In this document: in pieces, positions 1-11,383 of the stretch
How positions within the stretch are numbered: the first letter of the stretch is position 1
Layout of the letters: each line of letters begins with the position of its first letter
From: Epiperipatus broadwayi
Lineage: Eukaryota; Animalia; Onychophora
DNA: 64,000 bases
Direction: 5' to 3'
Assembly: GCA_028023455.1 (NCBI GenBank)
Contig: JAQFVV010000003.1
Coordinates: 2,480,001-2,544,000, forward strand
The notes under the pieces: model-generated
The model's input: the letters and a program-made list of their open reading frames with translations, nothing else
What the model was told of the DNA's origin: nothing
Database searches by the model: none
Translations under genes and position numbers: made by a program

Positions 1-745
1 GTGGCCACTCCCTAGAATTATGAGAAGGAAAGATGTAGTGGCTATAATTATATTAAACATAGGTATGTGACTATATTAGGAAAATTATGCATGCAATCCA
101 TTGCATAAATTGTGCACAGCTCTACGTTTAAGAGTGAGAAATGAGGATAGATTCAACAATCAGAGAGGGATCTTGAACAAAAGAGTGCAATCAATAATAA
201 GTTTTTTTACAATTGTATTTGGAACAGGAATTTAATTTGACAATGATGGGAAGCTTGACAAGTCAAATGAGAAATTCATCTGTTTTTGATGTGGAGAAAT
301 AGAAATAGCTATGTCTCTCAAAATATAAAAAGGTCATTATAGAAGGTGAAGTTTTTATTTAAATAGAAGAAATAATAGTAATGTAATTGTCATGGTTTAT
401 AGATTTAGATAGCTACTTTTGGAGAAAATCATTTTGCTGAGAAATGAAGTTTTCCAAACAGTATCTAAATAAAAATAACTACTTAGTGTTATGTTTTAAA
501 GCCTTGAATTTTTGGATATACCAAAGGAGAGCTAATAATATAATAAATGGATTTCTACAATGATAATGTTCTTATTTAATCAAATATTTATGTTCCAACA
601 TCATGAACAAAAAAATGTAGAAGTAAACTATAGGAGTAATATATTACTCATTTGATTAGTCAACTACTATTTTCTGAGTATTAAAATTTTTATTTTTTGT
701 TTTACTCAGTAGTTATAAAATTAGAAAATACAAATATTATTTTAC

Positions 746-783
746 TCACTAATGATTAGATAGATGGCAAAACAGCTATTTGA
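746..783 (+). ncRNA. Possible highly decayed hammerhead relic
   Basis: TCA-CTAATGA...GGC-AAAA-CAGCTAT-T-TGA. It becomes a type I layout only if two G>A changes are reverted (CTGATGA, GAAA), and stem II is not formed. Confidence 0.2.
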
Positions 784-934
784 AAAAGTTCTAAGCTTTC
801 TTAAAAATTTTTAGCCAATTTTCAAGTTCTGTCCAGACGTAAACTTAATCACAGTCATAGTAAGCAAATATATTAATCCAATTATCATAATACTTTTTAT
901 AACTTAAGATATACAAACTAATAAAATATCATGT

Positions 935-1412
935 GATTCCACCACATGACTTTAACAGACATATTGTTGTTATAGCAGCAATAACTATCTCTATGTCACT
1001 TGCTGTAACTTTAATAAATAATAATAGATGTCAGATACTAAATCTTGCAGTAAAGGTGTAGAGATGGTGAAAAATTATGCTGCTATAACATCAATATGCA
1101 AGATAAGGTCATGTGATGGTATCAGGTGATATTGTATTGATTTATATAAAATCTTGGCAGCAAGAAGTGTGTAACTAAGGACATTATAATATATAGATAC
1201 TGAATTGGTTTCAGATTTATGTAATTATGCAAGTAACTTGACTTAGATTGAAAACATTTATATGTTATTGTTTTTTTTTTACTTTGGGCTGATAGCTTGG
1301 TAGTATAGCAGGGTAAAATATAAAGGCTGGAAGGAATATGCATTAGCTCATAAGCTCTGAGATTCAAAGCTCCTCACTGATGAAAACCATAAGATTAAAA
1401 TTAGTCTAGAAT
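935..1412 (+). mobile_element. Old, diverged copy of the family-A hammerhead element with a degenerate fold-back
   Basis: 1190-1258 aligns by eye to 6447-6515 (AATATATAGATACTGAATTGGTTTCAGA...TTAGATTGAAAACATT vs AATATATGGGTGCTGAACTGAGTTCAGA...TTAGATTGAAAATATT). 1366-1412 AAAGCTCCTCACTGATGAAAACC...TAAAATTAGTC matches the family-A ribozyme with a decayed stem II and GAAA. Imperfect inverted arms at ~940-1010 and ~1040-1120; GTCATGTGAT at 1108. Confidence 0.55.
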
Positions 1413-3106
1413 AATGGAAATACAGACCAGGTAGAATTTTAATAAGTATTTTTATCAGGCATCTGTTATTATTTATTAAAGTCTACAGTAAGTGGTATAG
1501 AGATAATGAAAATGTATGCTGCTATTAAAAAATACATTTATATTTTATGTTCAAACCCAAGACTTTTAGAAAAAAAAAATTTAGCATTTCTATCTTTCAT
1601 CTTCTAACATATTTTATTAGAAATTTATAACATTTTAACCCAAATGATTTTAAGACAATGTATGAATTAAAAAGTATTACTATTAAATATCTTTCTGATT
1701 TTCTAGTGCTGCCTACTAAAATGATTTATTATAAGATAGCAATTTTCGAATTATACCTTAAATATTAATAATTCTTTTACGTATTAAAATGATTTCGATA
1801 GAAAAGTTTTGTCATATGTAGTTTGACGCCGCGATAGAGTGGCAAACTCTGCGGCTACTTCTTAAAATTTCCGGCATTTTAACTTCTTACGAATTCCGAA
1901 TAATAAAACCACTTGATTATTTATTTATAATCTTAATTAAGATACACTTTAAATAACACTTAAAATTTTGTATTTAAAACGTTCTCTTTTTTTATTACAA
2001 AACTAATGCAAATCAATAACTAATTAATACAAATGGTACCGTGAGTGCAGTGTTTGATCGATAATAAAATATAAGTAGTTTTTTGTCATAAGCTCATAAA
2101 TATATAAAAGAAAAAGATTAAAATTTTAATATTTCATAATGATAGAATTTCTAAAAAATCAATTTTAATAACACTGCATTTATGATTAATAAATAATTGA
2201 CATCTTGTCAGGTTATTCTTTTCAATGTGTGAGTATTCTTTCATTTGTTGTTTATTGTTTTATTCTTTTAATAATTGTTAACTATCGAGATATAGTTCAG
2301 CTTTTCTATATTATATTCCACTTCCATTACTTTATAATATACTTTTAGGAAAATATTTATGAAGAGTAAGTCTGCGACAACTTTTGGAAATTCGATGTCT
2401 TTCTTAAAAATAAGCAGCAATCTTAATAAAAATTATCTATTTATCATCATCATCTTTAACCATTATCAATCTAATGCAGAATTAGGATCTTTTAAAATTT
2501 AATCCAATTTCTTTGTTCTCTTCACAACTTTCTTCCAGAAAACTTTCTTATTTTCCTGTACTTATTCCCTACCTGATCTTTTTCTAGCTCTTTTAAAATT
2601 TTTTGGTATCCAATTTAAGAATTTTCCATTAACTTGTCTTTTAGCAATATGCTCAGTTCAGATTTATTTCAGTCTTTAATTTTTCCAGTGATATTAGTAT
2701 TTTATTGTTAATGGATAATATAAGAAGTAAAAAGTGTGCATCTGATTAATAAAAACAAATATTAAAAATAAATTAAAAATTGATAAATAATCAGAAAATC
2801 TTTCTCTTAGTACTGAATATTTTTTTGTTCATTATAAGTTAGCAGATAAAAGATAACATATTAGCCAATTTAACTTATTATACAAAACTATATAATATAT
2901 AGAAAAAAGAAATTGAGATTAAAACAAGACAAATAAAAAACGAAGTTGAAAGAAATTACTAAATATGCTCAAATTATAGATCATTAAATTAAATTTTCCT
3001 AAGAATAATCAGTGACTCAGTCATCAAAATAAAAATACCACATTAATAAAAAAAAATCAAAATCTTTCACTGGAAAATACAAAATGACATTTATCAAAAT
3101 ACCCTA

Positions 3107-3289
<183 letters not shown>

Positions 3290-3696
3290 CTCATAATATA
3301 ATATTTCTTTAGCATCTAGATATATTTTATTATATATATTTTACTATTATTATTGCTTTTACATCTTAGTATCTATTAACAAATGAGCGTGTAGATAAAA
3401 TTAACTAAAACATTTTATTTAAAATAATGTTTTTTAAAAATTACTCTTAGAATTATTTAAGAATAATATTATTTATTTTTAAAAATATGAAATGCTATTT
3501 TTAAAAACTACCCTCAGAAATGTAATAAGTTTAATCTCTCCATTAATAATATTTTGATGCACTATACAAGTTTACACACACTTGCACATATTATGTAATA
3601 TATAAGAGATTTGAACTCAGCTTTTACATGACCCTTAACTCTCCATGCTATCTCATATTTCTGACCCATCTGATCACACACATGTTAAAAAGATAA

Positions 3697-3753
3697 ATAA
3701 TCACCAATATACGTATTTCATGCTAAACCAGTAATCATCAGCTGGTACAGATT
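3697..3753 (-). ncRNA. Type I hammerhead ribozyme motif, family B
   Basis: Minus strand: ACCAG-CTGATGA-T-TACT GGTTT AGCA-T-GAAA-TACGTAT-A^TTGGT. Palindromic stem III ATACGTAT; stem I ACCAG/TTGGT; one stem II mismatch. Confidence 0.7.
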
Positions 3754-3900
3754 TCTATCACCACACATATATACAATCAGTGCTCAGCTTTATATTAAAA
3801 TAGTTGTGGATTGGAGTAGTTTGAAGCCTGTCCATTAAAGCATGAAGATTGGTTAAATTAATATAAAGCTGAACACTGACTGTATATATGTGTGGAGATT

Positions 3901-3959
3901 ATAATCTGAACCAACTGATGATTGCTGGTTTAGCATGAAATACATATATTAGTGATTAT
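3901..3959 (+). ncRNA. Type I hammerhead ribozyme motif, family B
   Basis: ATAATC-TGA-ACCAA-CTGATGA(3915-3921)-T-TGCT GGTTT AGCA-T-GAAA(3937-3940)-TACATAT-A^TTAGT-GATTAT. 4-bp stem II; stem I extended by ATAATC/GATTAT across a 3-nt bulge. Confidence 0.7.
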
Positions 3960-4799
3960 TTATCTTTTCAACATGTGTGTGATCAGGTGGGTCAGCAATA
4001 TGAGATGGCATGGAGAGTTGAGGGTCGTGTGAAAGTCTGAGTTCGAATCTCTTATATAATAATATTTTGAAGTAATAAAAAAAAGAAAATGAATAAAGTT
4101 TCCACCTGAATCACTTTTACTCTTTTATAAATATAATATTAAGAATTGTTTAATTCATTTTCTTACAGTATGATGTCTTCTCTCTTTGGGCCCTTTGAAA
4201 TCCAAGAATGACGCTTATAATAGGATTGTTTGCTGAATGAAATAATTATCAGTGGATTAATGCCAACTAATATTTTATGCATTATTTTCATAATAGAATA
4301 ATTTGTGAATCAATTATAAGGTGAGAAAGAAGTACTAATTTTAAGCTAGTCATCAATTCATTCATGTTTTTTTTTTTTTTTTTTTTTTTGGAAATTTGGC
4401 CAATAAGAGAGAAGTAAACCTTCCCCCTCTTTTCTCCGCTAACTTAAATATTAATTTTGTTTATTAAGTTCCCAATAAAAAAATATGTTGTTTGTTTTAT
4501 TATTAGTCTGGAAGACAACACTTTTCTGCTAATTTTCACTACAAGAGACTTGATTATTCTATATTCTTTTTCCTATACTCCTTCTCACACAGCATGCTAT
4601 TAATTAAAATCTAGAATTTTCCTCCAGTGTTCCAACGTAGCAATCTATTTAACAAAACTGATTATTGTGAATAAAATAAAAGTAGATTAATATTTTTTAA
4701 ATAATCATAGTAAAAGTGATTTATTTTTATATTTGTAACACAAGATTAATCAGTAATACTATTGTGATTTTTATAATAAAACAAATAAATATGTGGTTT

Positions 4800-5189
4800 A
4801 AACAATGAACATTGCCAATTGCTCAACAAGCTTTGTGATAAATGCTTAGCCAGAGAAAGCATTTAAAATATCTCTGTCCAGATCCCCCCCCCCAATCTCT
4901 GACCAGGGTTTCATGTTTTGGCACTCCTCAGAGAGATCATAGGATGGCTTCAGACCCTAGATTTAAAAATACCAACACAAAGCCAGCATTTATCTAAAAG
5001 TTATCTATTGAGTGGAAAATCTGAAATTTTCAGACACCTACGTCTTCAAACCCAGCTATCCAACTCAGATAGCTGAAGCTGAGAGATCTTCAGTTCAGCC
5101 ACAGCTTGTTGAGCAATTGGCAATGCTCATTGTTTATATCTTACAAGCTTAAGAGAATGGGGTCATGTGATCTATGACTATTTTTTATT
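4800..5189. mobile_element. Fold-back hammerhead element, family D
   Basis: 34-bp inverted arms 4799-4832 and 5103-5136 (1 mismatch). 14-bp TSD TAAATATGTGGTTT at 4786-4799 and 5190-5203. Right extension contains GTCATGTGAT (5162-5171). Hammerhead in the loop on the minus strand. Confidence 0.85.
4895..4937 (-). ncRNA. Minimal type I hammerhead ribozyme motif, family D
   Basis: Minus strand: ATCTCT-CTGAGGA-GTG CCAAAA CAT-GAAA-CC CT GG-TC^AGAGAT. 6-bp stem I, 3-bp stem II (G.U at base), 3-bp stem III, GUC triplet. Confidence 0.8.
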
Positions 5190-5882
5190 TAAATATGTGG
5201 TTTGTCTGTATGTGTGTGTTTATTCTACATACACACGTACACTCCTACTCTTTTTACAACCCAGTTTTCTACTTGTAATTAAGATAAAAGTTATTTCCTA
5301 ATAGTCAGTCATTTTGCTATATCTTTAACAAAATTATATAAATTAATTTAACCTAAAGAAAAACTAACTAAATAATTTACACTTAATTTGTTTCCTATCT
5401 TTTTTTTTATTATAATTATTCTCCTTTTTTTACTCATAGTCATTGTGAGTTAACTGCTACAATTAGATATAAAATCTTTTTGTAATAAAAGAGAGCAGTA
5501 ATCAATTATGCTGCCAAAAAATGCATCAACTAATGGGTTCACTTGAGTATCTTGACTGATAGTCAGAAGAATTTAGAACAAATCATAATCAAAATGCTTC
5601 AATTTATAAGTCGAATCTATATAAACATCATATGATCACTATTTAAACCAATCCTGTCTAATAGAATATTGGTGGCTATGGTTATTAAAGAACCAAAAAA
5701 CACCAAAATATATGGGAACTGAACTGGGTGCAGACCCATATAACTATATAAGCTGATGGGCTTGAATTGGAAACATTAAAGTGTTTTCAGTTTAAAACTC
5801 ATAGTTTTGTAGTTAAATGGAGATAAAAGGTGGTTGCTTGAGGGCTGCATTAGATTGTAAGATTTAGATGCAGTGCTCTCAG

Positions 5883-5941
5883 ATCCAAGGCTCCTCACTG
5901 ATGAAGGACACGAGCCAGAAACTAGTCTGGGGATATTGGAT
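5883..5941 (+). ncRNA. Type I hammerhead ribozyme motif A1
   Basis: ATCCAA-GGC-TCCTCA-CTGATGA(5898)-A-GG ACACGAG CC-A-GAAA-C TA G-TC(5927)^TGGGGA-TA-TTGGAT. Stem I with internal loop; palindromic ACTAGT stem III. Confidence 0.8.
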
Positions 5942-6169
5942 GAGTAGGCACTAGATGGGGATTTTATGCACAAGCCTTCTGGCATCCATTGATTACTCTA
6001 GCTTGCTGTGTGTGGCATATGTATAGTGAGTTTTGTCTCTTTTAATAACAGTTATAAACAAGCATAAGAGATGGTGGTCATGTGATGTTATATGATCACT
6101 ATTTCTTATGCTTCTTATGCTTGCTTATAACTACTATTAAAACAGGCAAAACTCTCCATACAGTATTGC

Positions 6170-6224
6170 AAGGCTCCTCACTGACAAAGACCACAAGCCA
6201 GAAACTAGTCTGAAGATATTGAAT
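6170..6224 (+). ncRNA. Hammerhead motif A2, probably inactive
   Basis: Same sequence family, but the core reads CTGACAA (G8 lost) and the stem I 3' strand is TGAAGA. Confidence 0.65.
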
Positions 6225-6617
6225 GAATAGGCACTAGATGGGGATTTTATGCACAAGCTTTCTTGCATCCATTGATTATTCTAGTTTGCACTGAGTGGCA
6301 ATACTATATGGAGAGTTTTGCCTGTTTAATAACAGATATGTGCTAGCATAAGAGATGGTGATCATGTGATGTTTAGTGGTTTAACACTAATCCTGCCTAA
6401 TAGGATGGTGGTGGCTATGGTTGATAAAGAGCCAAAAACACCAAAATATATGGGTGCTGAACTGAGTTCAGACTCATATGACTATATAAGCTATTGATCT
6501 TAGATTGAAAATATTGTGTTTTCAATTTCAGTCTCATAATTTTGTAGTTAAGTAGAGATAAAAGGTGGCTACTGGAGGGTTGCATTAGATCCTAAGATTT
6601 AAGTGCAGTGCTCTCAG

Positions 6618-6676
6618 ATCCAAGGCTTTTCACTGATGAAGTCCACAAGCCAGAAACTAGTCTGGGGATATTGGAT
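6618..6676 (+). ncRNA. Type I hammerhead ribozyme motif A3
   Basis: ATCCAA-GGC-TTTTCA-CTGATGA(6633)-A-GTC CACAA GCC-A-GAAA-CTAGTC(6662)^TGGGGA-TA-TTGGAT. Core intact; one stem II mismatch. Confidence 0.78.
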
Positions 6677-9600
6677 GAGTAGGCACTAGATGGGGATTTT
6701 ATGCACAAGCCTTCTGGCATCCATTGATTACTCTAGCTTGCACTGAATGGCAGTACTGTATGGAGGGTTCTGCTTGTTTTTAGAATCTATATACTTATGA
6801 TGAAAATAATGGCTCTAGTCTGATAATAGAAACTATCAAAAAATATTATTTGCCCTTTGATAAAAAGAAAATATCAATCATTAGCTCAGACTTTAAATTA
6901 AGATATTTAACTTACACTCAAAATTAATATATTGTTCAAATGGATGAATCTGAACTTCAAACTAAAAAGGCGACTGGAAGAATAATATAAAAAATAATCA
7001 GACTCCTTAAAAAAAATTGAGTATTGATAAGAGTTGCATTCTGTAAACCCAGAGTCTTCCAGGCTACCACAACAATAATCCATGTAGCATAAAAACAAAA
7101 AATTACATAAATCTATTGATTTACAATTTAAAATGTATTGAATAGGATAACAAAGGTAATGAATGTCTGAAAAGAATTTAAAAGCCAACAATAAGAAAGT
7201 CTTTATGTAAACAATAATACAATCTAATATTAAGATACATAATGTTTTTTTTATATTTTTATAATGCTAAACACATCCACAAAGGAATAAAGAGAAAATA
7301 ATTACTAAGCCAATAACAAAATATTTTAAAAGTGATATAATTATTCTAAGTACAATCAGAAAAAGAAGAAAAGAAAGAGAAATAATAATAATCATTATCA
7401 TCATTATCCCAGTATTTAAATTAAATAGTATACTTGAAAGGTGAAGCAATTCTCATTGTTTTAAAACCAATTTTATTTATATGTTTTTAAAAGAATGTGG
7501 AGATTAAGTACATCTATAAAATACAATCCTAATATAATATTTCAATATTCCATTGCCAAGAAAGAAATTTTTTTATTACTTTATATGATATAATAAAAGA
7601 TTTTTAAAAAGCCAAATAAACTAAATTGAGACTTTACAACAACTTTTATATATCATTTTAGTGAAATCTCAGATTGATACACTCTTCCTAATGTTTTAAT
7701 TAGTTATACCAATAATGTTGACATTCTTCTATAGCTCTTACATTTTCAGAGCACATTATAATAATGTTCTCAAATCATCTAAGTGTGTAACAGTATTATA
7801 TAATAGTAAAAATATATACATTTTTTTATAAATATTAAGTGAAAAACAATAAACATGAACTTAATAATATCTCTTTATGTTGTAATCATAACTTATAAGA
7901 CCCAGATAGCTGCAAACTATAATACTAACACTACTATTTTATCACTTTGAAACAATAATACTAACAATACTGCATTATCACTTAGTTTCATGTGTAATAA
8001 ATCTAAGCAAATAATAAATAAAAATGTCAGAAATATGTAAATTACAATAAAATAAAATCAAGTAAAATTGAAAATCATGTCAGTTCAAAAAAGTGTTGCT
8101 ATCTTAGCAGATACCTCATTCCTATTGATAAAACAAAATACATATGGAATGATAAAACCTTTCCCTGCCAGATAGATAATATGAGTTGAATTCTAATTGA
8201 ATAATTTTGAACATTTTTTCAATGGGTTTGGAGCTTCTTTTTTAGACACTGGTTTATAGTCAACCTAGCTAATCATCTAATATTGAGTAGTAAATAGAGA
8301 CTATTGCTATCTAATAGTTTTAAATGGAATGATGCACTAATCCTCACTACTCAGCAATTGACAGATCTGGTATTTTCTTCCTTTTTATTATTTCCTTCTG
8401 AAGAATTGCAGAAGAGGCCTTTGCTTGCAGTAAACTATTAAACACTATTTTATATTCACAGTAATTTATAAACTTAGTTATACTCAGTGAATTAGAAAGT
8501 TAATTTCCAATTTAAAATCATTAAAATAATGTATTATATACCAAAAAGTTGCCAATAATTATAAAATAAAGGTAATCATCAATGTATAATTTACATGTGG
8601 ATAAAACACTTTTTTCTAAATCTTAAAAAAAAAAAATAATAGTGATGTATGTTTTGTAAGCAAAAACTTTAATGTTGAAATACAATATAAATATATTACC
8701 AAAGATAACCACAAATATAAAGTCCTCGGATTACCCAAGTAATCAACTGTACTATAAAGACATTGAGTAGCAGATCATCTTAGCTGCTGATTTAATTTTA
8801 TATACAGCATAAATAAGTATCTTTAATATTTTGATGAAAGATTATGCTAATTATCCAGATATGTTAAATTTTAGTCATTGTATTTAAAAAATGGCACATC
8901 TCAGTCGTATTCAACATCAGACAAAATGAGACTATCCGCACATAAGCAAAGAAAATGTGGAATCTAAAATATCATGTTATCAATGATAACAGAGCAAGCC
9001 ATAATCACAAGATGTTTTTTGAAAGAATTAAACCCTATCTTTACAAATCAACATCTAATGGTGTAAATTGCTTATAATAAGTTTAAATATTCTAGAAAAT
9101 GTTACCAAATCTTATATAATAATTTTTTAATATTTAATAAGGAATAAAATATTATTTAATAAAGTAAAATTTCATAAGATTCCTTTCAATTCAAACAGCT
9201 TTGTTTTCTTGCACTATAAACTAATTTTTCATTTTAAAAGATTAAATAAATAGTACTGATTCATATCTTCTACACTATTGTTTGATTGACTAAACAACAT
9301 GAGATAAAATTGTCTTATTTAAACTCAGGTCACAGCGTATTTGTTTGAGCTACCTATGACCTGTATTCAATTACAAATGATAAAATTATTTTTTTTATCT
9401 TAATAGGCTTCAGAATTTTTTCATAGCTAGCTATGCTTAGATAAAGAGTAAAACAAAGATGAAAACATTCGAACTTTCCTCATTTTATTATTGCTAAGCA
9501 CGAAATACGCTTATTTTTTCTTCATTAATTTTCTATAAGAGATTAAATTGGTCTTTGTCTTATAGTGGCCTGATTAAAGGTTGATTTATTTTCTTACATA

Positions 9601-9968
9601 TACATATAATGCACCTTTATATAATTACGTGTAATTACAGAAAAATTTCTCACCTCTTAGTATTTGTTAATATAAATTACAAAAAAAAAATATATTTTCT
9701 TTAAAATAGTATACAAATATTTGTTTACAATTCTCAAATACAATACCTTAATTAAAATCTGGAGTTTTACTGACACACTTCTGTAATAAAATATCAGTAA
9801 AAGATGTCCAGAAAAAAACGTTTTAGAAAAAAAAAATATCTAAGATTGAAAATATACAACTATCGATTAAAATTTGTTTGCATTTTTCCCTTCTTCATAA
9901 TCCCTTTCTCATTTTGTTTTAATACTGTCTCCAAAGGCATAGATAGAATGCAACCTGTGAGATTTAGT

Positions 9969-10397
9969 TGGTCCAGATTAAACAAGGGCTTTGAACATGC
10001 CATCATATACCATATACCCCTTAAATGACACTTTATAATGCAGTTTAACATCTGATTTGTTCTATTTCCTTACAGTTTCAACTGTCCAACAATCATCATC
10101 AGAGCTTTAAACCTCAGTCATATACACCTTAATGGCACTTTACAATGCAGTTTTAACATATGATTTATTTTATTTCCTTACAGTTTCAACTGTTCAGCAG
10201 TCATTATCAGAGCTTTAAAGCTCTGATGATGACTGCTCTGATATGACTGCTGGACAGTTGAAACTGTAAGGAAATAGAATAAATCATATGTTAAAACTGC
10301 ATTGTAAAGTGTCATTTAAGGTGTATATGATGTATTATATTATATATAATTCAGCAATGCAAATAAGAAGAAGTGGAAGGAAATTTTAATACTTCAA
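9969..10397. mobile_element. Tandem-plus-inverted ~110-bp unit with hammerhead-like cores (family C), fused to a family-B fragment
   Basis: Direct units ~10003-10110 and ~10120-10216, then a zero-spacer palindrome centred at 10216/10217 (GAGCTTT|AAAGCTC) with the inverted unit running to 10330. 9966-9999 is the reverse complement of 11305-11342. Candidate 9-bp TSD AGATTTAGT at 9960-9968 and 10398-10406. Confidence 0.7.
10068..10104 (-). ncRNA. Hammerhead-like motif, family C (stem I weak)
   Basis: CT-CTGATGA-T-GATTG TTGGA CAGTT-GAAA-CTGTA-AG. 5-bp stem II; stem I only 2 bp. Sister copies at ~10176-10212 (minus, core CTGATAA) and 10221-10270 (plus, with a 14-nt internal duplication). Confidence 0.45.
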
Positions 10398-11052
10398 AGA
10401 TTTAGTATAGTAATATATTACTGAAGCAAAAGTTTCCACTTCATAAGTGGCAAAATTAAGTGCATGGTCTCTGTTTTATTAACAACCTGTTTATATATAC
10501 ATTGTGATTAATAATGTTTTTTTTTTTTTCAAGTTTTACTAAAATTTATTTTTAAATATTTTATACATATTCAAAATTGTGTATAATTACAATTATAATC
10601 TATCAAACAAACAAAAAAAATGGGACCGGGGGGGGGGGGGTTAAAATACAATAATATTATGATGTTTGTTTTACAATTTATATATTTCAATTTTCGATTT
10701 AAACTATTAAGCTTTTATTTTAGTATGTTGAATTTACTATTATAATTTGAAATGATTTTTTTTTTCGTTTTTAAATTGAGACTTTAAAAAAGCAATCATT
10801 TTGAAAATCACAAAATAATATTAATAATAAAGTGGAATATTTAAAATTCTTAGAACAATTTTATTTTTAACTCAGGTATAATTATTATCATTTATACTTC
10901 TTTTATTACTACAATTGTTATTTAAATACAAGTATATTATATATGCTAATGTAATTAGAGGGGATTTGAATCCAGACTTTCAAGCTTCTTTTAGTCATTT
11001 ACTCCATCTTATACATATGACACCCATGACCACATACATGTGAAAAAGATAA

Positions 11053-11110
11053 ATAATCTCCGATATAAAAATTTTGTGCTGACCAGCACTCATCAGTTAA
11101 TCCAGATTAT
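11053..11110 (-). ncRNA. Family-B hammerhead motif, G12>A (inactive-looking)
   Basis: TTAA-CTGATGA-GTGCT GGTC AGCAC-AAAA. Canonical G10.1-C11.1 5-bp stem II, but GAAA reads AAAA. Confidence 0.6.
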
Positions 11111-11116
11111 CATCTA

Positions 11117-11196
<80 letters not shown>

Positions 11197-11327
11197 CAGT
11201 GCTCAGTTTAAAATAAGATAGCAAATCTTCAAACTTTAATGGACAAGCTTCAGTCTTCTCCACTCTCCAACTCTTCAACTGTTTACATCATTGAAAATCT
11301 GATGACGGCATGTTCAAAGCCCTTGTT

Positions 11328-11383
11328 TAATCTGGATCAACTGATGAGTCTGGTTCAGCATAAAATATGTACATTGGAGATCA
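11328..11383 (+). ncRNA. Family-B hammerhead motif, decayed
   Basis: TCAA-CTGATGA(11341)-GTCT GGTTC AGCAT-AAAA-TATGTAC-A-TTGG. Confidence 0.55.

Larger units (their letters stand above)
3558..4056. mobile_element. Fold-back hammerhead element, family B (copy B1)
   Basis: Inverted arms ~3596-3798 and ~3858-4060 with a ~59-bp loop. 14-bp direct repeat TAATAATATTTTGA at 3544-3557 and 4057-4070 (TSD). The left arm has a ~40-bp extension the right arm lacks. One hammerhead motif per arm. Confidence 0.85.
5624..6782 (+). mobile_element. Composite tandem/inverted hammerhead element, family A, with three ribozyme copies in one insertion
   Basis: 11-bp TSD GAATCTATATA at 5613-5623 and 6783-6793. Internal direct repeat ~5651-6010 / ~6390-6750. 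Internal inverted segments ~6027-6086 / 6091-6155 and ~6135-6169 / 6298-6330. Inverted terminus at 5626-5643. Confidence 0.88.

Noticed and set aside
4799-5136. Tc1/mariner-type MITE with TA TSD
   Set aside because: The 14-bp TSD lies outside the arms and a hammerhead sits inside, which fits a retro-insertion better.
9494-9510. AGCACGAAATACG, matching the family-B 3' half
   Set aside because: The 5' core and stem I are absent; a 13-nt match alone is insufficient.
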